From: Candidatus Omnitrophota bacterium
GTDB lineage: Bacteria; Omnitrophota; Gorgyraeia; S143-82
DNA: 64,000 nucleotides
Assembly: GCA_015494465.1 (NCBI GenBank)
Contig: WGBD01000001.1
Location: forward strand, 116,477 to 180,476
Reading direction: 5' to 3'
This document shows positions 1 to 11,095 of the stretch, piece after piece. Positions within the stretch are counted from its first letter, which is position 1; each line of letters opens with the position of its first letter. The position numbers and the translations under genes are program-made. The notes under the pieces were generated by a model. The model saw only the letters and a list, made by a program, of their open reading frames with translations. It was not told the DNA's origin and searched no databases.

Positions 1-732
1 CTTGGGATTCACTTTCTTTATGTAGTTCCAGGTTATCTTATCCACCGGGAAAAGGCCTGCCTTTCCTCCGGCCTCTATCGCCATGTTGGCCATGGTGAGC
101 CGACCATCCATAGGCAGTTTGTCTATCACCTCTCCGGTGAACTCCATGGCCTTGTAAAGGGCACCGTCAACTCCGATGTCGCCTATCGTGTAAAGTATCA
201 GGTCCTTACCCGATACCCACTTCTGCAGGGTCCCGTGGTATACGAACCTCATCGTCTCGGGAACCTTCAACCAAACGTGCCCGGTTATCCAGGCCACCGC
301 AAGGTCGGTTGAACCTACCCCGGTAGCAAACGCCCCCAATGCCCCGTAGGTACAGGTGTGGGAATCCGCACCTATCACCAGATCCCCCGGGCAGACCAAG
401 CCCAACTCCGGCAGGAGGGCGTGCTCTATCCCCACCCGTCCTACCTCGTAATAGTGCCTTATCTTGTGGGACTTGGCGAACTCCCTCAACAACTTGCACT
501 GCTGGGCACTCTTTATGTCCTTGTTGGGGGTAAAGTGATCCGGCACCAAGACTACCTTGTTGGGATCCACCAATTTCTTTTTCTTGAGCTTCTCGTACTG
601 CCTTATCGCCAAGGGGGCGGTGATGTCGTTGCCCAGCATGAGGTCTACCTTGGCCCATATAAAGTCTCCCGCCTTGACATCCTTCTGGGTAGTGTGGGCC
701 TGCAATATCTTCTCAGCCATGGTCTTACCCAT
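1..732 (-). CDS. leuC: 3-isopropylmalate dehydratase large subunit, archaeal-type LeuC (aconitase family). N-terminal part only; the C-terminus runs off the window start.
   Basis: Hand translation of the minus strand from ATG at 732 (GGAGG RBS upstream) gives [14 protein letters not shown]...[25 protein letters not shown]...[11 protein letters not shown]...[25 protein letters not shown]...[16 protein letters not shown]. This matches the conserved LeuC/aconitase motifs. The ORF is missing from the supplied track because it has no in-window stop. Confidence 0.8.
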   Translation of the reverse strand, partial: MGKTMAEKILQAHTTQKDVKAGDFIWAKVDLMLGNDITAPLAIRQYEKLKKKKLVDPNKVVLVPDHFTPNKDIKSAQQCKLLREFAKSHKIRHYYEVGRVGIEHALLPELGLVCPGDLVIGADSHTCTYGALGAFATGVGSTDLAVAWITGHVWLKVPETMRFVYHGTLQKWVSGKDLILYTIGDIGVDGALYKAMEFTGEVIDKLPMDGRLTMANMAIEAGGKAGLFPVDKITWNYIKKVNPK

Positions 733-1198
733 GATCAACCTCCTCCAGATTTATTATCACTGCCTGTTCCTCGCAATCCGGAAAGTAAGGACAATTCACG
801 CAATCGGTCCATATCTTCCTCGGCAAGGCGTGTTTGTCTATCTGCTTAAATCCCATCTTCAGGAAGAAGTCCGGGACATATGTGAGCGCAAACACCCGGG
901 ACAGACCCAATGTCCTTGCCTCATCCAGGCACCTTTCCACCAATTCCCTGCCAACACCCCTGCCTTGAAGGTCCTCTCGCACCGCCAAGGATCGTATCTC
1001 AGCCAGATCTTCCCAAAAGATGTGCAGTGCACAACAGCCCACTATATTACCACCTTCCTCCGCCACGAAGAAATCCCTTATGTGCTCAAACAGATCCGCC
1101 TTGGAACGGGGAAGGAGCAACTCCTTGCGGGAATAATCCGAGATCAGGGTAAACATCCCTTCGACATCGCCTATGGTGGCCTTTCTAACCGATGCCAT
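725..1198 (-). CDS. GNAT family N-acetyltransferase (amino-acid N-acetyltransferase-like)
   Basis: Internal start [11 protein letters not shown] of the 725..1471 ORF. It carries the GNAT acetyl-CoA binding motif [24 protein letters not shown]. The longer ORF extension would overlap glgC, so the shorter start is preferred. Confidence 0.6.
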   Translation of the reverse strand: MASVRKATIGDVEGMFTLISDYSRKELLLPRSKADLFEHIRDFFVAEEGGNIVGCCALHIFWEDLAEIRSLAVREDLQGRGVGRELVERCLDEARTLGLSRVFALTYVPDFFLKMGFKQIDKHALPRKIWTDCVNCPYFPDCEEQAVIINLEEVDHG

Positions 1199-1206
1199 CA
1201 GATGCC

Positions 1207-2430
1207 TTAAGAGAGTTGGGTGCCCTTGGGAATAACCACTATACCCGAGGGGTGGACATAAAAACGCTTCTTGTCCTCTTCGAGGTCGTAGCCGATCTGG
1301 GTGCCCGGGGGTATGTGGACATCCTTGTCTATTATCGCCCTGCGTATCTTGCAGTACCTTCCCACATTCACCCTGTCCATCAGGATGGAATCCTCCACTA
1401 AGGCATAACTGTTTATCCTTACTCCCGGTGAAAGTATGGAACGATAGACCTTTCCTCCGCTGACGATGCATCCGTTGCTTATCATAGAATCCAGGACCAG
1501 GCCGATCCGCTCCCCGTCTTCTCCACCCGCAAACACCGTCTTGGCGGGCGGTGATTGGACCTGATAGGTGCGAATGGGCCAGTCGCGGTCGTAGAGGTTG
1601 AATTCGGGGGTAACCCGAACCAGATCCATATTGGCCTCGTAATAGGACTCTATCGTGCCTATGTCCCGCCAGTACTTGGGCTTTTTGCCGTTCTTATCCC
1701 GAAAGTTGAAGACATACATCCTGCGCTTTTTCTTCAACATATCGGGCAGTACATTCTTGCCGAAGTCGTGCTGGGAGGACTTCTTGCGGGCGTCCTCCTC
1801 CAGTTCCTCTATGAGGACGTCCCTCTTGAAGACATATATCCCCATGTTAACAAGTATGTGAGAGGGATTGTCGGGGAGTACAACCGGATCCTTGGGCTTC
1901 TCGTGGAAACCAACTATCCTGTTTCCCCTACCCACCTCTATAACTCCGAAGTGGATGGAGGTCTCTTTGGGCATCTCTACCGCCGCCAAGGTGACATCTG
2001 CGTCCATGTAGCGGTGGTAGTCTATCATCTCCCGATAGTCCATCTTGTAGACATGATCGCCGGAAAGGATAAGGACATCTTCAGGCCGTTCCTGCCTGAC
2101 TGCGTAAAGGTTTTGATACACCGCATCCGCGGTGCCCTGATACCACATGTCCCCGACCCTCTGCTGGGCAGGGATTACCTCTATGTACTCGCCTATCTCT
2201 CGGGTGAATATGTTCCAGCCCAGGCTGATGTGTCTCTGCAGAGAGGTTGACTTGTACTGGGTAAGGATGTATATCCTGCGCAGTCCGGAGTTGATGCAGT
2301 TGTTCAGCGGGAAGTCTATTATCCGATAGATACCCCCAAACGGCACCGCGGGCTTTGCCCGGTCCTTGGTAAGGGGATAAAGACGCTCCCCCTTACCGCC
2401 GGCCATTATGAAGGTGAGGATGTCCTTCAC
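1207..2430 (-). CDS. glgC: glucose-1-phosphate adenylyltransferase
   Basis: MKDILTFIMAGGKGERLYPLTKDRAKPAVPFGG...QGTADAV, characteristic GlgC N-terminus, 407 aa. Confidence 0.9.
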   Translation of the reverse strand: MKDILTFIMAGGKGERLYPLTKDRAKPAVPFGGIYRIIDFPLNNCINSGLRRIYILTQYKSTSLQRHISLGWNIFTREIGEYIEVIPAQQRVGDMWYQGTADAVYQNLYAVRQERPEDVLILSGDHVYKMDYREMIDYHRYMDADVTLAAVEMPKETSIHFGVIEVGRGNRIVGFHEKPKDPVVLPDNPSHILVNMGIYVFKRDVLIEELEEDARKKSSQHDFGKNVLPDMLKKKRRMYVFNFRDKNGKKPKYWRDIGTIESYYEANMDLVRVTPEFNLYDRDWPIRTYQVQSPPAKTVFAGGEDGERIGLVLDSMISNGCIVSGGKVYRSILSPGVRINSYALVEDSILMDRVNVGRYCKIRRAIIDKDVHIPPGTQIGYDLEEDKKRFYVHPSGIVVIPKGTQLS

Positions 2431-2444
2431 CTCTTTCCCTCACA

Positions 2445-3437
2445 TCACTCCTTCATCCAAGGCATCATCTTCCTAAGGCGTTTGCCGACCTCCTCAATCG
2501 GATGCTCCGCCTCTTTCTTACCCAAGGCATTGTAAACTGGCCTTCCTGCCCTGTTCTCAAGGATCCACTCTCGGGCAAATACACCGTCCTGTATCTCTTT
2601 CAATATTTTCTTCATCTCCTCCCTGACTGCGGAGTTTATCACCCGCGGTCCGCGGGTGAGGTCGCCGTATTCCGCGGTATCGGAGACGCGCTTGCGCATA
2701 CCCGCAATACCGACCTCGTATATCATGTCGGTAATCAGTTTCAACTCGTGCAGACACTCAAAGTAGGCTATCTCCGGCTGATAGCCCGCCTCCACCAGCG
2801 TGTCAAATCCTGCCTTTATCAACTGGGAGACACCTCCACAGAGGACTACCTGCTCCCCAAACAGGTCGGTCTCGGTCTCCTCCTTGAAGGTGGTCTCTAT
2901 CGCACCTGCCTTTAATCCCCCTATGGCCTGGGCGTAGGCAAGGGCCAACTTAAGCGCCTGACCGGATGCGTCCTGATGGATGGCGATGAGACAGGGCACT
3001 CCCTTGCCCTCCTCGTACATCTTCCTGACCAGCGAGCCCGGTCCCTTGGGTGCCACCATAAATACATCCACATCCGTGGGCGGGACTATCTGGTTGAAGT
3101 GGATGTTGAAACCGTGGGAAAAGACCAGTGCCTTGCCCTTCTTCATGTGGGGGGCAACGAACTTCTCGTAGACATAGGGCTGAACATGGTCCTGAGTGAG
3201 GATCTGGATGATGTCCCCCTTCTGCGCAGCGGTAGAGGCATCTACCGGCTCAAAACCGTCCTTCTTGGCCTGCTCGTAATTGGGGGTGCCTTTTAGTTCG
3301 GAGACGATCACATTCACCCCGCTGTCCCTGAGGTTAAGGGACTGGGCCCTTCCCTGAATACCGTAGCCGATAACCGCCACCACCTTATCCTTCAGGACCG
3401 ACATATCCGCATCTTTTTCGTAGTAGATCTTCGCCAT
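2445..3437 (-). CDS. ilvC: ketol-acid reductoisomerase
   Basis: [43 protein letters not shown]... The start was moved to the ATG at 3437, which has a GGAGG RBS; the longer track ORF would overlap ilvD. Confidence 0.9.
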   Translation of the reverse strand: MAKIYYEKDADMSVLKDKVVAVIGYGIQGRAQSLNLRDSGVNVIVSELKGTPNYEQAKKDGFEPVDASTAAQKGDIIQILTQDHVQPYVYEKFVAPHMKKGKALVFSHGFNIHFNQIVPPTDVDVFMVAPKGPGSLVRKMYEEGKGVPCLIAIHQDASGQALKLALAYAQAIGGLKAGAIETTFKEETETDLFGEQVVLCGGVSQLIKAGFDTLVEAGYQPEIAYFECLHELKLITDMIYEVGIAGMRKRVSDTAEYGDLTRGPRVINSAVREEMKKILKEIQDGVFAREWILENRAGRPVYNALGKKEAEHPIEEVGKRLRKMMPWMKE

Positions 3438-3463
3438 CGCTAACCTCCTTTTACATGTTTCTA

Positions 3464-5122
3464 TCAAAGTTGATAAACCGCCCCTTTAGAGGCAGAAGTA
3501 ACGAATCTGGAATAGCGGGCCAGATAGCCCTTGGTTATCTTCGGAGGGAGCAACTTCATCTCCTTCTTCCTGCGCTCTAATTCCTCGTCGGAGACCAAGA
3601 GGGTTATCCTCTTGCCCGGTATGTCTATCTCTATCTCATCTCCATCTTTGACATAGGCTATCGGTCCTCCTTCAGCCGCCTCAGGAGAGACATGACCTAT
3701 GCAGGGGCCTCTGGTACCTCCGGAGAACCTCCCGTCGGTTATCAGGGCAACCGACTCACCTAACCCCATTCCGATAACCGCAGAGGTGGGCGCCAACATC
3801 TCCCGCATCCCCGGACCACCTTTGGGTCCCTCGTAGCGTATCACTATCACCGTGCCGGGCTGTATCTTCCCGCCGAGTATCTCCTGAAGGGCATCCTCTT
3901 CCCGGTCGAAACAACGGGCCTTGCCCTTAAACCTCAACATCTTGTCGCTGACCGCGGACTGCTTTACCACCGCCCCCTCGGGGGCCAGATTGCCAAACAG
4001 GACCGCCAGTCCTCCCTCGGGATGATAGGGCTTGTCTATCGGACGCAGGACATCAGAGTAGAAGACCTGTGCCCTTTCCTGTATCTGCTTCACGGTATAA
4101 CCGCTCACCGTAGGGTTATCCTTGATCCTGTCTCCCAGTGTCTTCAGGACCGCAGGGATACCTCCCGCCCAGTGTAGGTCCTCCATAAAGTATTCCCCAC
4201 CCGGGCGCAGACTGGCTATGTGGGGGGTCTTTTTGCTTATCTCGTCAAAGACCTCCAGAGGAAGATCCACCTCCGCCTCGTGGGCGACCGCCAGAAGGTG
4301 TAGGACCGTATTCGTGGATCCACCGAGGGCCATGTCCACGGTAATCGCGTTCTCAAAGGCACTGCGGGTCATTATGTCTCGAGGCCGGACGTTCTCCTTT
4401 ACCAGTTCCACTATCCTCTCACCGCTGTAGGTGGCAATGCGCTTCTTCTCTGCCAACACCGCAGGAGCGGTGCCACAGCCCGGAAGGCTCATACCCAAGG
4501 CCTCAGTAAGGCAGGCCATCGTATTCGCGGTGTAGAGTCCCTGACAGGAACCCGCACCCGGACAGGCGCAGACCTCAAGGTTGTTTAAGGTCGCCTCGTC
4601 TATCTCCCCCTTCTTGTAGCGGGCCAGGGCCTCGAAGGTATCCCTCACCAGAGAGAGCCTCTGTCCCGCAAAGTTGCCGGCTATCATCGGCCCGGCGGTA
4701 ACCACTATGGCAGGAATGTTCAACCTGGCTATTGCCATCAGCATGCCAGGGGTAATCTTGTCGCAGTTGGTCAGGCACACCAGACCGTCAAACTTGTGGG
4801 CCTCCACCACGCATTCTATCGCATCCGCTATCAACTCCCTCGAGGGCAGGGAGTAAAACATCCCGCTGTGGCCCATCGCGATGCCGTCGCATATACCCGG
4901 GATACCGAAGATGAACGGCACCCCGCCCCCATAGGCAACGCCCCTCTCCACGAACCTCTCCAAAGAGCGCATCTCCACATGGCCGGGAATTATGTCGGTG
5001 AATGCAGAGGCAATGCCTATAAACGGCCGGGAAAAGTCCTTCTTATTTATACCCGTCGCGTACAGAAGGGCCCGGTGAGGCACCCGCTCTAGGCCCTTCT
5101 TTACCTCGTCGCTCCTCATCAC
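3464..5122 (-). CDS. ilvD: dihydroxy-acid dehydratase
   Basis: 552 aa with IlvD/EDD family motifs: [52 protein letters not shown]. Confidence 0.9.
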   Translation of the reverse strand: MMRSDEVKKGLERVPHRALLYATGINKKDFSRPFIGIASAFTDIIPGHVEMRSLERFVERGVAYGGGVPFIFGIPGICDGIAMGHSGMFYSLPSRELIADAIECVVEAHKFDGLVCLTNCDKITPGMLMAIARLNIPAIVVTAGPMIAGNFAGQRLSLVRDTFEALARYKKGEIDEATLNNLEVCACPGAGSCQGLYTANTMACLTEALGMSLPGCGTAPAVLAEKKRIATYSGERIVELVKENVRPRDIMTRSAFENAITVDMALGGSTNTVLHLLAVAHEAEVDLPLEVFDEISKKTPHIASLRPGGEYFMEDLHWAGGIPAVLKTLGDRIKDNPTVSGYTVKQIQERAQVFYSDVLRPIDKPYHPEGGLAVLFGNLAPEGAVVKQSAVSDKMLRFKGKARCFDREEDALQEILGGKIQPGTVIVIRYEGPKGGPGMREMLAPTSAVIGMGLGESVALITDGRFSGGTRGPCIGHVSPEAAEGGPIAYVKDGDEIEIDIPGKRITLLVSDEELERRKKEMKLLPPKITKGYLARYSRFVTSASKGAVYQL

Positions 5123-6516
5123 TCGCCCCCTTCAAACGAATAGTCCACATTCGCACCGAAGTCCGCAGGGGTCTTCTTGACATCCACCCTCTTGACGAAC
5201 TTCTCTACCACATCCGCATTGTTCTTGGCCCCCAACTGGTCAAACAGGAACTCGAACTTCTTCTCCAACTCCCCTGCGATCTCGTTCCTAACCTCCTCGG
5301 GCATGGTCCAGAACTCTCTCTTGAACTGACCGAATCCTCGCTTGCGGTTCTTGTAGATGAACTGCTCGTCGGTCTCGTCGGGTTTCTTGGTGGAACCGTA
5401 CTTCTCGTACAGCCAGTCGTATATCTTCTTCTTCAGGTCCTGCGGGAAGGCAGGGCTGTCGTAGATTATGTTCTGGAATCCGGTGGCAAGGTGTATCTCA
5501 AGGGTGTCCACCTCCACGAATTTGTGGAACATCTCGTCGGGGAGGGTGGATGCCCCGTGCTGGACGGTACCCCCTATGCCGTACTCCTTTCGGCAGATCT
5601 CACCCAAGACCCGATGAATCTCAAAGTCCACCTTCACCTTGGCGACGGTCCCGTCGGGCAGGACCACACCTCCGTGAGAGGTCCCGGTCTGGACGCTCAC
5701 CTTGCTGATACCCACGACATCGCCCAATTCCCGTCTCAGACCGTCCATAAAGGCCCTCAACTCCTCGGGGGTGGAGTTGTGCTCCCCGACCTCACCTATC
5801 TCTCCACCGACGGAAATGGTAATCCCTTCGGGCTGTTTTTCCCTTATGTACTTAGTGAGCTGGGCACAGACCTCGTAGTTCAGTTTCTGCTGTTCGTTAA
5901 CATCCTCGTAAGAGAGGTCCACCAATGTGGAGGTGTCTATGTCTATGTTGTAGAATCCGGCAGATATGGCCTCGTCTATCAGGGCCTTCAATCCTGCGAT
6001 CTCCTTTTCGGGATCCGCCTTGTAGTTCTTCGCGTTCACCTGAAAGTGATCGCCCTGTATGAACACCGGTCCGGCGTAGCCCTCCTTTATCGCTGCAGCG
6101 AGGATAGAGGCGGAATAATCCGCAGGGGGCTGGGCAGTATAGCCTATCTCCGAGCGGGCTATCTCGAAGATAAAGGTCTTGGTATTCAACCTCTTGGCCA
6201 CCCGATAGACCGCCCTTGCGGAATCGTAGGTCAGACCCCGCAGGTTAAGGGCGGGGACGGTCGTCCCCCTCCAGGCATCGCTGGCCCGGGCGATGTAGAA
6301 TTCGTGGATAGAGGCCGGGTATATCCCCCTCTGCCTCGCTATCTCCCAAATCAGGAACCGGCAATAGGCCCGCAATTGCTCGTCCTCACCCAATGCCTGC
6401 TCGTAGACGAGATCGTCTATCGCCTTGGAAAGCAAGAGGCTTTCGTCTTTGATTACCACCTGCCCGTCCTTTACCTCTATGGCACTGCGCACCGCTTCCG
6501 ACAGCCTTTCCAACAT
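5119..6516 (-). CDS. class II fructose-bisphosphate aldolase family protein (long form, 465 aa)
   Basis: Blocks align to E. coli FbaA: [10 protein letters not shown] (zinc-binding DH), [29 protein letters not shown]...QHGAST. It is about 100 aa longer than canonical enzymes. Confidence 0.6.
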   Translation of the reverse strand: MLERLSEAVRSAIEVKDGQVVIKDESLLLSKAIDDLVYEQALGEDEQLRAYCRFLIWEIARQRGIYPASIHEFYIARASDAWRGTTVPALNLRGLTYDSARAVYRVAKRLNTKTFIFEIARSEIGYTAQPPADYSASILAAAIKEGYAGPVFIQGDHFQVNAKNYKADPEKEIAGLKALIDEAISAGFYNIDIDTSTLVDLSYEDVNEQQKLNYEVCAQLTKYIREKQPEGITISVGGEIGEVGEHNSTPEELRAFMDGLRRELGDVVGISKVSVQTGTSHGGVVLPDGTVAKVKVDFEIHRVLGEICRKEYGIGGTVQHGASTLPDEMFHKFVEVDTLEIHLATGFQNIIYDSPAFPQDLKKKIYDWLYEKYGSTKKPDETDEQFIYKNRKRGFGQFKREFWTMPEEVRNEIAGELEKKFEFLFDQLGAKNNADVVEKFVKRVDVKKTPADFGANVDYSFEGGE

Positions 6517-6602
6517 GTTCTCCTCCTTCGGTTAGACGAGGTCCAAACTAGCCAACGAAACTCTTTACGGGACAATCCGTTTCGCCCCTAAAACAAAAAA
6601 TC

Positions 6603-6695
6603 TGGCGGAGAGGCAGGGATTTGAACCCTGGGTACCCCTTGTGGGGGTACATGCGATTTCCAGTCGCACCCGTTCGTCCGCTCCGGCACCTCTCC
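6603..6695 (-). tRNA. tRNA-Ser (anticodon GGA), type II with long variable arm
   Basis: Reverse complement reads GGAGAGGTGCCGGAGCGGACGAACGGGTGCGACTGGAAATCGCA...GGTTCAAATCCCTGCCTCTCCGCCA. The anticodon loop is CUGGAAA and the 3' CCA is encoded. Confidence 0.8.
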
Positions 6696-6725
6696 GTTGC
6701 AGAGACACTATATTACCACGCAGGC

Positions 6726-7364
6726 CTAAAGCCCAGCAAGAGGACAATTCGCGCATAGGGGCTGGCGCTTCTTGCAGTACTCCTTACCCACCTTCACCAA
6801 CAGGGCGTGGAACTCGTTGTAAAGGCTTACATCCTTGGGGATGGATTCGGTTATCAGACTCTGAAGTTGATGATAGTCAACATCTTCAAAACACAACCCG
6901 TGGCGGGAGAATATCCGCTTGGTGTAGGCATCCACTACGAAGGCCAACTTGTTTCCCGCGTAGAGGAGTATGGAATCCACCGTCTCCGGTCCCAGCCCCG
7001 GGATGGAGAGGAGTTTCCCCCTAAGGGTATCCGTATCCTCGGCAAACATCCGTTCCAGATCCCCCTGATATTCTTCCCAGAGGAAGTCCACCAGGGCCTT
7101 CAACCTCTTCGCCTTCACATTGAAGTATCCAGAGGGGCGAATGGCCTCGGCTATGGCCTCCAAAGGCAGAGAATGCAGGGCCTGCGGAGAGAGCCATCCC
7201 CTCTCCTTCAGGTTGCCTATCGCCTTCTCCACATTGGCCCAGTTGGTGTTCTGGGTAAGGACCGCGCCCACCATCACCTCAAATGGCGTCTCCCCCGGCC
7301 ACCAGTGCTGGGGGCCGAATCTCTGGTAAAGCAATTCGTACATGCGATATATCTTGTCGTCCAT
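6726..7364 (-). CDS. endonuclease III-like HhH-GPD base-excision repair protein
   Basis: WWPGETPFEVMVGAVLTQNTNWANVEKA...LLSIPGLGPETVDSILLYA (HhH-GPD) with a C-terminal Cys cluster CKKRQPLCANC. Confidence 0.75.
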   Translation of the reverse strand: MDDKIYRMYELLYQRFGPQHWWPGETPFEVMVGAVLTQNTNWANVEKAIGNLKERGWLSPQALHSLPLEAIAEAIRPSGYFNVKAKRLKALVDFLWEEYQGDLERMFAEDTDTLRGKLLSIPGLGPETVDSILLYAGNKLAFVVDAYTKRIFSRHGLCFEDVDYHQLQSLITESIPKDVSLYNEFHALLVKVGKEYCKKRQPLCANCPLAGL

Positions 7365-7366
7365 AA

Positions 7367-9739
7367 CTACTCGAGCTTTAACAGGAGCCTCTGGCGAAGC
7401 ATCCTGCTCAGGGATTCTTTTTCTTCCTTGTAGCGGGGATAATCCTCGGGCGCAATCGTCCTCGTCTTCAATACATAGTCTATCCTCTCCTCGACCACCG
7501 CACCCTTATCTTTGGGCCTAAATTCGTATTGGACCTCACACCTAAACCAGGGCGTGTCCTTGACCACCTTTTCCGGGAGGAATACCGCCCTGACCGGTCT
7601 GCCGAATAGGAATTGATATACATCTTGCCGGTGATAAGGCGCCATCTTCTCCAAGGGATAGCGCCTCTGGGGCAGTATCACATCCGATAGATCCACCCCG
7701 ACGAAACTGGGGAGTATGCGATAATCTCCCGCCCGGAGAACCACCTCGCCTTCCCCCTTAAATCGGTATTCGAGGACGACCGGGCGATCTGGCTTCTCCA
7801 GATCCTTAACCTGATAGTCCACCACCCGAGCGGACGGCAGTATGGACTTGGCCTTGGTCTCCAGTTGCTGGCGAATCAACTCGGGCATGGTGTACTCCAG
7901 CCAGTACCTCTGTCCCGAGGCAAAGGCCCCGGTGGCCACTACCCTGCGATCCGCAACCACCAGATCACCGTCTTCCTGCCGATCTATCTTGGTGAGGATC
8001 TCTATACGATTGTGCTCGGGAGGGAACAGGGGAGTACGGCTGAGTTTCAGCCCGTTTTCGGTGTATATCAACACCCCCCTATCTTGATCCGAGGGTGGGA
8101 GGTCCCCGAACCCGCAGGTAGAGGCAGTAGGGTCCATAAATACCCACTTGCGGTCGAGCTTCACCACCGCTATCGCGTGATTGAACAGGACCACCGGAAA
8201 GGACTTATCCACATCCGGCAGGTCCCGGGTGGGGATTATCACCGGATAGGCCTCCAACCCCGCCGACCTCAGCATAGTTATCAGGAGTATCGACTGATCC
8301 TTGCAATCGCCGTACTTGTTGGAGAATATCTCCTCCGCGGAGTGGGGTTCGTACCCTGCCTTGCCGTACTCCACCGCCACATACCTTATCTCCTTGGCGC
8401 AGTAGTGGTATATCCTCCTGGCCTTCTCCTCTTCCGAAGCAGTCCCCTCCACCAATTCTGCCACCTTCTCTTTTATCGCCTTCGTGGCCTTTATCTTGTC
8501 CTTTGCCAAGGCCCACCACCAGCGGTATATCTGATCCCAGGAGGCAAAACTGGAGTATATCCTCACCGGCACCACGTTTATCAAGGATGGCATACTCGGC
8601 TCGGGGATGACCTGAGGGACATCCTCAAAACGCCAGGTCATCACCAACGAATCCCCCTCGCGCCTTACCTCGGGAGAGAAACTCCCCTTCAGGGGCTCGT
8701 GCCCTGAATTTATGTCCCGATAGCGCAGGTGTAGAGAGGCAGGCACCTTTAGGACATCCTCGTACTCCAAGACCGGTTCTCTACCCTGAGGGGAGATGTA
8801 ATAGACCAGGTGCTCGTCCGCCAGCATCTTGTTGTCCGTAAGTTCCACCTCGTACTCTATCAACGATCCGGGCACCACCTCGGGCATAGAGACTATCGTC
8901 GCCCGGGCGTTGCTGTACAACGGGAAGTTCTTGTACAGGGATACATCCCGTATGTGCTTCTTGCCCACCTTAACGACCCTGCGATCCGGAGTGATGGTGC
9001 GGGCAAAGACCAGCCTCACGGTCTCGTAGGTGGAATCGTAAGGTATGACGACCTCTCCAAACTCCTCTTTTCCCCTGTCGTTGAGTATCTTTCTCAATAC
9101 GTGCCACCTCTGGCGCACCTTCTTATCCTTCGTGACCTCGGTAGTATAGCGCTCAAATATGACTACCGACCCCGCCTCGGGGAATTTTTCAGCAGTTGCA
9201 CTCTCTATCCTCTGCCATAACTCCGGAGAGAACAGACCGCTCGCAGATTCCCCCATGCCCTCTTCTATCCGCTTCAACTCTTCTTGACCCAAGGAATAAA
9301 ACTTGCTATCCCTTGGGATCATCCTCAACTGCCTGCGGGCTTGAGGGAAAAGGTTGAGTTTTTCACAGGCAAGGGCAAAGAGATAACGCGACTCCCAATC
9401 CTCATCCAGATCCAAGCGCTCCCAAAGACTGACCGCATCGGTGTACCTGCCGAGGTGATAGTAGACCCTGGCAAGGAGTTTCTTGCACTCCTCCTTACCG
9501 CATCCGCTCAGGACCTTCTCTGCAGACTCGTATTGACCAATATCAACGAGAACTTTGGCCTCCTCCAGAATGTATGTATCGTCGTGCGTGGTCTCGTAGA
9601 GGTGGTTGAGTTCCTCGATTGCAGACTGCAACAGGGCCTTGGCCTCCTTCACCTTTTCCTTTATCGCCTCAAGGTCCTCTCCTCCCGAGACGACCCCCAA
9701 ACAGAACAAGAGCCCGAGATAAACCACCAACTTCCTCAC
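7367..9739 (-). CDS. secreted transglutaminase-like cysteine protease family protein (TPR-like N-terminus, DUF3857-like, transglutaminase core)
   Basis: GTG start at 9739 with an AGGGGG RBS gives the signal peptide MRKLVVYLGLLFCLGVVSGG. Transglutaminase core: YHYCAKEIRYVAVEYG...NKYGDCKDQSILLITMLRSAGLEAYPVI. Confidence 0.65.
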   Translation of the reverse strand: MRKLVVYLGLLFCLGVVSGGEDLEAIKEKVKEAKALLQSAIEELNHLYETTHDDTYILEEAKVLVDIGQYESAEKVLSGCGKEECKKLLARVYYHLGRYTDAVSLWERLDLDEDWESRYLFALACEKLNLFPQARRQLRMIPRDSKFYSLGQEELKRIEEGMGESASGLFSPELWQRIESATAEKFPEAGSVVIFERYTTEVTKDKKVRQRWHVLRKILNDRGKEEFGEVVIPYDSTYETVRLVFARTITPDRRVVKVGKKHIRDVSLYKNFPLYSNARATIVSMPEVVPGSLIEYEVELTDNKMLADEHLVYYISPQGREPVLEYEDVLKVPASLHLRYRDINSGHEPLKGSFSPEVRREGDSLVMTWRFEDVPQVIPEPSMPSLINVVPVRIYSSFASWDQIYRWWWALAKDKIKATKAIKEKVAELVEGTASEEEKARRIYHYCAKEIRYVAVEYGKAGYEPHSAEEIFSNKYGDCKDQSILLITMLRSAGLEAYPVIIPTRDLPDVDKSFPVVLFNHAIAVVKLDRKWVFMDPTASTCGFGDLPPSDQDRGVLIYTENGLKLSRTPLFPPEHNRIEILTKIDRQEDGDLVVADRRVVATGAFASGQRYWLEYTMPELIRQQLETKAKSILPSARVVDYQVKDLEKPDRPVVLEYRFKGEGEVVLRAGDYRILPSFVGVDLSDVILPQRRYPLEKMAPYHRQDVYQFLFGRPVRAVFLPEKVVKDTPWFRCEVQYEFRPKDKGAVVEERIDYVLKTRTIAPEDYPRYKEEKESLSRMLRQRLLLKLE

Positions 9740-10284
9740 ATCAACCCCCTTTCCTCTAACCAGTCCTCGACATCCCTTCCCAGGAGCTGGTTTACTATCC
9801 AGAAGAATACACCCGCGGTCAAGAGCACATCCTGTTCCGCCCAATGGATCCCGCGTATCTCCAGACCAATCCGCCTTGCAACCGCAGACAACCTGTAACT
9901 CCTCAACCCCGGAAGGTGTGTCCGGACCATCTCCAGGACATCCACCACAGGCAGATCAGGCATCTGCCTGCCACACCGTTCCAGTTCACTCCTCAGGAAG
10001 CCCAGGTCAAACCCCACATTGTATCCGAGTATCACCCCATCCAATTCCTCCAGGACCTCCTCTGCTATCTCTGAGAAGGGATGGGCGGTCTCCACCAGCA
10101 CGGGGGCTATACCGTGTATCCGAGCCACCTTCTCCGGTATAGGCCCACCCGGTCTAACCAACCGCACATAACGGGACAAAAGGCGCCTGTCCCCGGAAAA
10201 GCCCAATATCGCTATCTCGCATATCCGGTCGCGCTCCGCGGAAAGGCCTGTCGTCTCCACATCCAGAAAAGTAAGCTTGAACAT
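9736..10284 (-). CDS. DnaQ-like 3'-5' exonuclease (DEDD family)
   Basis: FLDVETTGLS...ICEIAIL...ILGYNVGFDLGFL...HWAEQDVLLTAGVF carries the Exo I/II/III motifs. Confidence 0.65.
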   Translation of the reverse strand: MFKLTFLDVETTGLSAERDRICEIAILGFSGDRRLLSRYVRLVRPGGPIPEKVARIHGIAPVLVETAHPFSEIAEEVLEELDGVILGYNVGFDLGFLRSELERCGRQMPDLPVVDVLEMVRTHLPGLRSYRLSAVARRIGLEIRGIHWAEQDVLLTAGVFFWIVNQLLGRDVEDWLEERGLM

Positions 10285-10285
10285 C

Positions 10286-11095
10286 CTACACTCCCAACTC
10301 CAACCTGTACTGAGGGATGAGAAACCTCGGTCCGTACAGGTTTTTATTGTACATCAGACTGTCAAGCATATTACAGCCCAATGTATTGAGCCACCTCGCT
10401 CCCCGGGTAAGGACCTCCTGCACCACGCAATAGAACAAAAAAGCGGAAAACCTGCGCCAGTCCGCCCGACAGAACTCAAACACCTGCCAGGCCCAGGCAC
10501 CACCTCTCTCCGCCAAGGCAGAACCCCATCCGACCAATCGTCCATTCCTGAAAAGCCCTATCTCTACCACATCATAGAACTCTTCTATAATCGACCTATT
10601 CTCCATAAACGCCTCTACCACCTCCCGCATAGAGGTAGCGGTCAACTCCGCCTCGCCCTGCCCTGCCTTTGCCCGCGCCCAATCCCCGACCACAGCAAGG
10701 ACATCCGCGCAATCAACCCCCCTTCCCCGACGGACCACAAACAGACCCTTACCTTCTCTTATAATCGCCCTCCGCTTCCTGTCTATCCGCCGCAGGAGAG
10801 GCCCCACCTCATAGACGAACTCGGCATCCACCAATCTCAGCCTACCAAGGCCTTCGTTCAACTGAGAAAGACACAGCGCATTGGCAAAACTCACCCCCTC
10901 AGGCAGTCCCTCTATCCTGCCCTCTCCCAAGAAAAACCCCCCATACCGTCCTATCGCATCCTCTACGATCACCCAATCCCCCTGCACATACCACCTGCTC
11001 CCGGGATAATTGAAGAGCAGAGAAACGGGATTGCAAAAGAATGGCCTGCAGTCCGGAAAGATAAAGTCGTATCTGGAAATCAATTCCCCGATCAA
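10286..11095 (-). CDS. hypothetical protein, possibly GNAT/FemAB-like fold
   Basis: 269 aa ORF in consistent coding context with no recognisable catalytic motif; the C-terminus is rich in W/R. Confidence 0.35.
   Translation of the reverse strand: MIGELISRYDFIFPDCRPFFCNPVSLLFNYPGSRWYVQGDWVIVEDAIGRYGGFFLGEGRIEGLPEGVSFANALCLSQLNEGLGRLRLVDAEFVYEVGPLLRRIDRKRRAIIREGKGLFVVRRGRGVDCADVLAVVGDWARAKAGQGEAELTATSMREVVEAFMENRSIIEEFYDVVEIGLFRNGRLVGWGSALAERGGAWAWQVFEFCRADWRRFSAFLFYCVVQEVLTRGARWLNTLGCNMLDSLMYNKNLYGPRFLIPQYRLELGV

Noticed and set aside
206-849. Track ORFs 206..658(-), 339..533(+), 358..849(+), 557..1210(+)
   Set aside because: Shadow ORFs in alternative frames of the hand-translated leuC and GNAT genes, with Pro/Arg/Gly-rich low-complexity translations typical of antisense frames in GC-rich DNA.
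5491-6591. 366-aa plus-strand ORF antisense to the aldolase gene
   Set aside because: Fully contained within the well-supported aldolase CDS on the opposite strand; it has no motifs and a G/P/R/L-rich composition.
6565-7024. Small ORFs overlapping the tRNA-Ser and the start of the endonuclease III-like gene
   Set aside because: They overlap a confidently folded tRNA and a motif-bearing CDS; likely spurious.
7865-8707. 280-aa plus-strand ORF inside the transglutaminase-like gene
   Set aside because: Antisense shadow ORF; the minus-strand frame has the clear TGase catalytic core.
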